A stretch of 64,000 bases of DNA from a candidate division WWE3 bacterium RIFCSPHIGHO2_01_FULL_40_23 (GTDB lineage Bacteria > Patescibacteriota > WWE3 > UBA101185 > 2-01-FULL-41-18), in NCBI GenBank assembly GCA_001772615.1, contig MEUZ01000003.1, positions 12,450 through 76,449 of the forward strand. The letters are read 5' to 3'. How positions within the stretch are numbered: the first letter of the stretch is position 1; each line of letters begins with the position of its first letter. The position numbers and the translations under genes are program-made. The notes beneath the pieces were generated by a model. That model had not been told where the DNA came from and ran no database searches. It was given only the letters and a program-made list of their open reading frames with translations. Positions 57,753 through 64,000 of this stretch are shown one piece after another.

Positions 57753-58373
57753 ATGCCTGTAACCTTATATCGCAAGCAAAAACAAATTCTTGACTTTATC
57801 TCCCAGTACATACAAAAAAGCGGGTACTCCCCTACTCTCCAGGAGATAGCGGACGCCATGTCTTTATCCTCTCTCGCCACGGTTCATGAACATTTGCAGG
57901 CTTTAGTGAAAAAAGGCGTCATAAAAAGGTTTGAGGGAGCTGTAAGAGGCATTGAGCTGATTGATGAAAAGATTTCGGCTACCTTAAACGGCATTGAACT
58001 TCCTCTCGTAGGTTATATAGCCGCCGGTCAGCCTATAGAGGCTATCGAGAATACGGCTGAAACCGTATTTGTGAACCCCGATCTTGTTTCAAAGGTTAAA
58101 AGGTGTTTTGTGCTCCAGGTAAAAGGGGATTCTATGATTACAGAGGGCATTCTTGATGGGGATTATGTGGTTGTAGCCCAGCAGGATCACGCTGAAAACG
58201 GAGACATAGTTGTAGCGCTCATAGACGGGTCTTTTGCCACCCTTAAAAAATACTATAAAGAAAAGGATAGAATCAGACTTCAGCCGGCAAATCCTAATAT
58301 GGAGCCGATCTACGCACGAGATGTCAAAATTCAAGGCAGAGTAACCGGAATAATAAGAAGATATTTAAAATAA
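57753..58373 (+). CDS. lexA: SOS repressor LexA
   Basis: wHTH GYSPTLQEIA, cleavage site IAAGQP, GDSM (Ser), ATLKK (Lys). Confidence 0.97.
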   Translation: MPVTLYRKQKQILDFISQYIQKSGYSPTLQEIADAMSLSSLATVHEHLQALVKKGVIKRFEGAVRGIELIDEKISATLNGIELPLVGYIAAGQPIEAIENTAETVFVNPDLVSKVKRCFVLQVKGDSMITEGILDGDYVVVAQQDHAENGDIVVALIDGSFATLKKYYKEKDRIRLQPANPNMEPIYARDVKIQGRVTGIIRRYLK

Positions 58374-58420
58374 TCTTTTAAATTACTAAAAACCTCCACG
58401 TGACGTGCTAAACTTAAGAT

Positions 58421-59089
58421 GTGAATATTGATAATTTCACTCCTAAACAGATTGAGGAGGCCAAAGAAGTAATACAAAAAAAAGAATTTATAATACCCTT
58501 ACCTAAAACTTCAAATGAAATTCCACCCGTCCTGTATGTTTTCAGGCATGGGCAGTCTGAAGACAACAGTAACTTTATCTTTTCTGGGTGGAGGGACTCC
58601 AAACTAACTGAACTTGGCAGAAACCAGGCTGAAATTCTTTCTGAAAAGCTAAAGGATGAGCACTTTGATCTTGCAATAACATCAAAACTTGTCAGGGCTA
58701 AAGAAACACTTGATATAGTTTTAAAGCATCATAGAAACGCAAAAGTAGAAATTGATGACAGAATAATAGAAAGATCTTACGGCGACTTACAAGGCTCTAG
58801 CAAAATTGAATTGTATCTTAAAGACCCAGTTACGGAAGAGAAATATAGAAGAGACTATGATTTCCCGGCAAATAACGGGGAGAGCCTAAAAATGGTTGAG
58901 AAAAGAGTTAAGAGTTTTCTTAATAGCCTGCTCCCAAGAATGAAGGCTGAAAAAATTAATGTGGTTGTTTCTTGCCATTCAAACTCAATGCGAGCCTTAA
59001 GAAAAATCCTAGAAAACTTAACAGTTGAAGAAATGTGTAAACTGGAAAATCCTTTGGGGCAGGATTTCGCATCTTATGAAATCAAATGA
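58421..59089 (+). CDS. gpmA: 2,3-bisphosphoglycerate-dependent phosphoglycerate mutase
   Basis: FRHGQS..N...FSGW.D, ERSYGDLQG, GESLK, CHSNSMRAL. Confidence 0.85.
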   Translation: MNIDNFTPKQIEEAKEVIQKKEFIIPLPKTSNEIPPVLYVFRHGQSEDNSNFIFSGWRDSKLTELGRNQAEILSEKLKDEHFDLAITSKLVRAKETLDIVLKHHRNAKVEIDDRIIERSYGDLQGSSKIELYLKDPVTEEKYRRDYDFPANNGESLKMVEKRVKSFLNSLLPRMKAEKINVVVSCHSNSMRALRKILENLTVEEMCKLENPLGQDFASYEIK

Positions 59090-59801
59090 GATCACTAAAT
59101 TATTGAGCAACGACCCTTTATGGTACCGGGCTGTATATCAGGAAATTGAAAACATCAAAGCGATTAAAAACAATCGAAAAAGAAGGAGTTTGAAGCACAC
59201 TCTGCTCAAAATCACAAAGAGAGCATTAAAGGAAGGTACTATCATTCTTGGAAATAAATGGTACAACTGGGACCAGCATAGACTTCCTATCGACACTATT
59301 GTTCTTCACCACACATCCTCCAGCCCAACTATCTCCCTACTAGAATTATCGGCAGTGGAACTCCTAAACCTATATGTAAAACAATATATGACAGATGAGG
59401 ATGTCAAAGACCAGAAGATATTCTCCGGGCATTATTATCTAAATAAACCTGAGGATAAAAATGCTATGACTTTTACCTCATACCACTATCTGATCAGACC
59501 TGGTGGAAAGGTAACGAAAATAGTTGAAGACAGCGCATTTCTTTGGCATGCAGGAAACCTTGATATAAATAAGAGAAGTATAGCCATAGCGTTTGCGGGA
59601 AAGTTCATTAACGGTGAGAAACCATCAAAAATTGCTCTTGAAGTTTGCGCAAAGCTTATAAAAGAAACTTATGGTTTTATTCAAAAAGATAGAATTTTCG
59701 GTCATTGCGAAGTTATAAGAAAAGATATACTCGGCGAAACTATTTGCCCTGGTGAAAGCTTTATAAGTAACTGGAAACAAAGACTGTTAAAGCTTATATA
59801 G
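59076..59801 (+). CDS. N-acetylmuramoyl-L-alanine amidase (Amidase_2/PGRP-like)
   Basis: Likely start ATG 59076; IVLHHT, SYHYLI..G, WHAG..N..SIAI, IFGH, CPG. Confidence 0.85.
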   Translation: MKSNEITKLLSNDPLWYRAVYQEIENIKAIKNNRKRRSLKHTLLKITKRALKEGTIILGNKWYNWDQHRLPIDTIVLHHTSSSPTISLLELSAVELLNLYVKQYMTDEDVKDQKIFSGHYYLNKPEDKNAMTFTSYHYLIRPGGKVTKIVEDSAFLWHAGNLDINKRSIAIAFAGKFINGEKPSKIALEVCAKLIKETYGFIQKDRIFGHCEVIRKDILGETICPGESFISNWKQRLLKLI

Positions 59802-61034
59802 GTTGCAATATCCCTCTATATTATTTATCTCCCCGTAGATCTCAAGTAAACGGTTATACTTGGCTACCCGCTCATGAGCCGGTGCTCCCGCTTTAAGATA
59901 ATCAGCGTTTATGGCTACGGCGAAATCCGCTATGAATGTGTCTTCCACAGCTTCCCCGCTTCGATGGGAAATAATTGTCGTAAGATTATTTTCCTTGGCT
60001 TTATTCACAAACTGGTAGGTCTCGGTTAAAGTTCCTATCTGATTGGGCTTAACAATAACGGCATTGTTGCACTTATGGGACAATGCATTATTCAACCTTT
60101 CAACATTTGTAACAGTGAGATCATCACCCACTACCAGTACAGAACCTCCAAACTTCTCATTAAATAAGCTCCAAGCCTTAAAATCACCCTCGGCAAAAGG
60201 ATCCTCTATGTAAATAAGGGGATACTTTCCTTTTAGAACCTCGTAATAACTTAAAAGCCGATCTGAATCCAAGGATAACCTCTCTTCAGGGATCACGTAA
60301 CTACCTTCCTTATAAAAAGAATTTGATGCTGCATCAATACCGACAAAAACCTCTTCATATAGCTTAAATCCGCTTCGCTGTATTGATTCGCATAATATTC
60401 CAAGGGCGGAGGAAGCGCTAAACTCTTTGGGTGAATACCCACCTTCATCCCCTATATCAAGCGAAAATCTTCTTTCAAGAAGAACCTGACCCAAAATCTT
60501 ATAGACCTTAGCTCCTATATCAAGAGCTTTTTCGTAATTAAGATTACGAGCAGGTACCACAAGAAACTCCTGAAAAGAAAGACCGTTTCGGGCGTGCATC
60601 CCTCCATTAATTACATTAAAAAGAGGTGTTGGAAATCTCTCCTGCCTAGTTTTAAATATTTCTGACAAATACCTATAAAGCGGTTTCCTTAATGAATAAG
60701 CCATAGCATTCGCTACAGCCAGAGAAACCGATAACGTGGTATTCTCGCCAAGCCTGCTTTTATCCGAAGTATTATCAAGCTCAATAAGCCTTTTATCTAC
60801 CCCGCTTTGATCAGAAGCTTCAATACCGCAGAAATTTGGGCCAAGATTATGGTTAATAAGATCTACCGCAAGTCCCGGATCGACGGATTTGGCCTCAAAC
60901 CCTCCTTTGGAAGCTCCTTCGGGAATTTCACCATGTCCCTTTGAACCATCCTCCAGCTCTACTTCAGTGCTAATGGTCCAATTCCCTCTTGAATTTAAAA
61001 CTTTATGTGCGTGTATATTTGAAATCTTTGGCAT
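59787..61034 (-). CDS. eno: Enolase
   Basis: SRGN, GAS, NGGMHA, QEF, GDEGG, IEDP, VGDDL, KPNQIGT, SHRSGE. Confidence 0.95.
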   Translation of the reverse strand: MPKISNIHAHKVLNSRGNWTISTEVELEDGSKGHGEIPEGASKGGFEAKSVDPGLAVDLINHNLGPNFCGIEASDQSGVDKRLIELDNTSDKSRLGENTTLSVSLAVANAMAYSLRKPLYRYLSEIFKTRQERFPTPLFNVINGGMHARNGLSFQEFLVVPARNLNYEKALDIGAKVYKILGQVLLERRFSLDIGDEGGYSPKEFSASSALGILCESIQRSGFKLYEEVFVGIDAASNSFYKEGSYVIPEERLSLDSDRLLSYYEVLKGKYPLIYIEDPFAEGDFKAWSLFNEKFGGSVLVVGDDLTVTNVERLNNALSHKCNNAVIVKPNQIGTLTETYQFVNKAKENNLTTIISHRSGEAVEDTFIADFAVAINADYLKAGAPAHERVAKYNRLLEIYGEINNIEGYCNLYKL

Positions 61035-61055
61035 TATTAAATTAAACCGAGGACC

Positions 61056-63308
61056 TTATTTCTTTTTATTTAAAAGTTTTCTTTCGGCGTCATAAATTAT
61101 TTTCCTTGTTTTATCAATAACATCGGGGCTAACTGAAACCGAGGTCACACCCCATGAGACCAGTTTTTCAACGAGCTCCGGATACTCGGACGGTGCCTGT
61201 CCGCATATAGAGCATGTGACTTTATTCTTACTGCATAAGGTTATCACCCTTTCAAGGGCCCATAAAACCGCGGGGTCCTGTTCATTAAATTCCTTTGAAA
61301 CTTTTTCATTGTCACGGTCAACTCCAAGAATCAGCATCGTAAGGTCATTTGACCCGATTGATACTCCATCAATACCCTCTTCAATAAAGCTTTCAAGCAG
61401 GATTACATTGGAAGGAATTTCGCACATCATCCAGAATTTAAAGTTTCCGCCTCTTCTTAAACCTGAAGCTGAAACGAACTTTTTCACTTCTCTTAGCTCG
61501 GGAACTGTCCTGACAAAAGGTATCATAAGATGCAGATTTTTAAATCCCTGCTTATTTCTCACTTCCTTCATAGCTTCAAGCTCAAGATTAAAAACTTCAT
61601 TATCCGATATATACCTATACGCCCCTCTAAAACCAAGCATAGGATTTGGTTCAAATCCTTCAAACTCTTCTCCTCCTTTTAAATTTTTATATTCATTTGT
61701 TCTGAAATCAGTTGCTCGATATATTACAGGTCTTGGGTTAAAAGCTTTGGCAAAAGATAAAAGTCCCTCCGACAGCCTCCTAATAAATTCCTTCTGCCTC
61801 CCCTCCTTTATAAATAATCTTGGGTGCTCCCCTATTTGCGCGATCATAAATTCGGCTCTCAAAAGACCTACCCCATCCACATTTCTTTTAGAGATTTCAC
61901 CCGCAATATCGGGCTCCGCCAGGTTTACATAAAGTTTAGTAGCCGTTTTCATGTTTGAGGTATCAACCTTTTCCTCTTTAACCTTGTGAGATTTTGATAC
62001 ATCACCCTCAAACACCTTACCAAACCCCCCATCAACCGTAATTACCTCTCCGTCTTTCAAAATCTTGGTAGCGTTGACAGTTCCAACAACCGCAGGAATC
62101 CCAAGCTCCCTGCTAACAATAGCCGCGTGGGACGTCCTTCCACCCTCATCCGTAACAATTGCTACTGCTCTTCTCATAGCAGGTACATAGTCGGGATTTG
62201 TCATAGTGGCAACAAGAACATCTCCTTCTTTTACCCTCCCAATCTCCTTCGGACCTTTTATTATTCTTACCTTGCCAAAGACCACTCCGGGAGATGCCGC
62301 AAGACCTGAAAGAAGAAGTTTTTCATCGGCAACACTTATCTTTTCATGTTCCCCCTCAACCTTCATTTTTAAAGTAGTTACTGGTCTTGACTGAACTATA
62401 TAAAGCTTACTGTTCTCAAGACCCCACTCAATATCACAGGGGTATCCATAGTGATCTTCAATTTTCTTTCCAATTACAGCCAGCTCAACTACTTTATCAT
62501 CCGTTAACTTCTGCGTTTCTCTATAAGCCTTTGAAATCTGAACTTTTCCCTCTTTGGTCAACTGCCAAGTCTGTTTAGAAAGCTCTTTGGCTTTGATTTT
62601 AAAACCTTCTTTCTCTACAACATATTGATCGGGAATCACCTCTCCAGAAACTATTGGCTGCCCAAGCCCAAAACCTGCTTCAATTGAAATCTCTGATCCT
62701 TCATTTGTGAGAGGGTTTACTGTAAACATTATCCCCGAAACTTCCGACTGAACCATAAGCTGAACTGGTACTGCAATACCCACTTTTAGATGAGAAAATC
62801 CCTTATCAGTTCTGTAAAATATCGCTCTTGACTCAAAAAGAGATGCATAGCATTTCTGAACCGAGTGAACAACGTCTTCATAACCGATCACATTGAGATA
62901 AGTTTCCTGCTGACCCGCAAAAGAAGCGTCAGGGAGGTCCTCCGCAGTCGCCGATGACCTTACGGCAACGAGCTTATCCATTTCACCGCAAAGCTTATGG
63001 TAAGCGTTTTTAATTTCCTCCCTTAAAGATTCGGCTAAAGAAGCGGATAATATCGCAGTCTTAATTTTATTTGAGGCTTCAAGAAGTTTCTTTGAGTCAT
63101 TTAAATCAAGTCCCGAAAGCTCTGTTAAAATCTTATTTTTTATTGAAGTTACCTCAATAAAATCAAAATATGCATCTGAAGTTACAACAAAACCGTTTGG
63201 TACTGGAATGCCCGCCGTGTACATCTCGCCAAGATTAGCACCCTTCCCCCCGGCAGTCTTTATATCGTTTTTACCAATCTCTGAAAACCACAAAACATGG
63301 GCAACCAT
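61056..63308 (-). CDS. ppsA: Phosphoenolpyruvate synthase
   Basis: GGKGANLGEM, VRSSATAEDLPDASFAGQQET, GGRTSHAAIVSRELG, EPNPMLGFRG, SIGSNDLT. Confidence 0.97.
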   Translation of the reverse strand: MVAHVLWFSEIGKNDIKTAGGKGANLGEMYTAGIPVPNGFVVTSDAYFDFIEVTSIKNKILTELSGLDLNDSKKLLEASNKIKTAILSASLAESLREEIKNAYHKLCGEMDKLVAVRSSATAEDLPDASFAGQQETYLNVIGYEDVVHSVQKCYASLFESRAIFYRTDKGFSHLKVGIAVPVQLMVQSEVSGIMFTVNPLTNEGSEISIEAGFGLGQPIVSGEVIPDQYVVEKEGFKIKAKELSKQTWQLTKEGKVQISKAYRETQKLTDDKVVELAVIGKKIEDHYGYPCDIEWGLENSKLYIVQSRPVTTLKMKVEGEHEKISVADEKLLLSGLAASPGVVFGKVRIIKGPKEIGRVKEGDVLVATMTNPDYVPAMRRAVAIVTDEGGRTSHAAIVSRELGIPAVVGTVNATKILKDGEVITVDGGFGKVFEGDVSKSHKVKEEKVDTSNMKTATKLYVNLAEPDIAGEISKRNVDGVGLLRAEFMIAQIGEHPRLFIKEGRQKEFIRRLSEGLLSFAKAFNPRPVIYRATDFRTNEYKNLKGGEEFEGFEPNPMLGFRGAYRYISDNEVFNLELEAMKEVRNKQGFKNLHLMIPFVRTVPELREVKKFVSASGLRRGGNFKFWMMCEIPSNVILLESFIEEGIDGVSIGSNDLTMLILGVDRDNEKVSKEFNEQDPAVLWALERVITLCSKNKVTCSICGQAPSEYPELVEKLVSWGVTSVSVSPDVIDKTRKIIYDAERKLLNKKK

Positions 63309-63331
63309 AGTGGTTTTTAGTATACATTAAC

Positions 63332-64000
63332 CTATGAATATTTTACATACTCCGAAGGTAAAATCTCCGGAAGATTTGGCAATACTGACACCAAAAAATC
63401 AGCAATTTTATTAAAAACCTCTTTTGTGTCAGATTCAAATCTGATTGATATATAAGACCCTGTATTTGAAGCCCTCACAAGAAACCATCCCATCCTATCT
63501 AGGCTGACCCTTACACCATCAATTTCACTAACCATGATTTTTAGTCCCAAGTTTTTTAAGCTTTCACCGACTTTTTGAACAAGCCGGTCTTTCTCACCCT
63601 CTTCGCAAGGATATTTTATCTCACCTGTGTGATAAGTTTTGGGAAACTCATCCATCAGTTTAGAAAGCGACATACCTGCTTGAGACAAGATTTCAAGAAG
63701 TCTTACCGAGGAATACAAACCATCATCAAAACCAAAATATTTATCTCCAAAATACATGTGGCCTGAATACTCCGCCCCCAAAATGGCTCCCTCCTTAAGC
63801 CCCTTTATAAAATAAGGATGTCCTGTCCTTATCATTACGTGCTCCCCTCCAAAATCCTTTATAAACTTTTCTAAAAGACTGGTTGATTTAACATCACATA
63901 AAACCTTCTTTCCAGGATTTCCTTTTAATATATGTTTTGCAAACAGAAGAAGAAGTTTATCGTTTTCATAAATGTTCCCTTTATCATCAACAACTCCAAA
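63332..64000 (-). CDS. Phosphomannomutase/phosphoglucomutase, 5' part outside the window
   Basis: Frame is open to the window edge: FGVVDDKG..VLCDVKST..RTGH, GAEYSGHMYF, FDDG, DGVR, GWFLVRASNT. Confidence 0.93.
   Translation of the reverse strand, partial: FGVVDDKGNIYENDKLLLLFAKHILKGNPGKKVLCDVKSTSLLEKFIKDFGGEHVMIRTGHPYFIKGLKEGAILGAEYSGHMYFGDKYFGFDDGLYSSVRLLEILSQAGMSLSKLMDEFPKTYHTGEIKYPCEEGEKDRLVQKVGESLKNLGLKIMVSEIDGVRVSLDRMGWFLVRASNTGSYISIRFESDTKEVFNKIADFLVSVLPNLPEILPSEYVKYS

Noticed and set aside
61216-61932. 238 aa plus-strand ORF, and similar Ser/Phe/Leu-rich antisense ORFs throughout
   Set aside because: Antisense shadows of conserved genes (ppsA, ftsA, ftsZ, gatB and others), explained by codon bias.

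Overview
A gene-dense, AT-rich bacterial window in standard genetic code (TGA is used as stop). Gene content and compaction fit a Patescibacteria/CPR genome, probably Microgenomates/WWE3-like; this placement is an inference. Core content: partial polA, gatCAB, lemA, polX-PHP, four tRNAs (Asp, Gly, Thr, Val), two surface-glycan loci, lepB, rplU-rpmA, rodA, type 2 ileS, nrdJ-pduO, a reduced dcw cluster (murA-mraY-ftsW-murG-ftsQ-ftsA-ftsZ), secG, uvrABC, lexA, sortase and PBP1A, and gpmA/eno/ppsA/PMM. The main accessory feature is a ~5.3 kb element (16336-21618) integrated at the CCA end of tRNA-Val(CAC). It encodes an HUH rolling-circle Rep with an internal hairpin plus CTTGATA origin candidate, and a large serine recombinase whose C-terminus is predicted to change on excision. 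It also carries radical SAM and EamA cargo and a possible host LexA box. Other points of interest are a MurA with three substituted catalytic residues beside a divergent MraY in a ligase-free dcw cluster, a sortase next to an inverted-topology LPNTS protein, a candidate direct-repeat LexA box, and widespread leaderless promoters. No CRISPR array or rRNA was seen.
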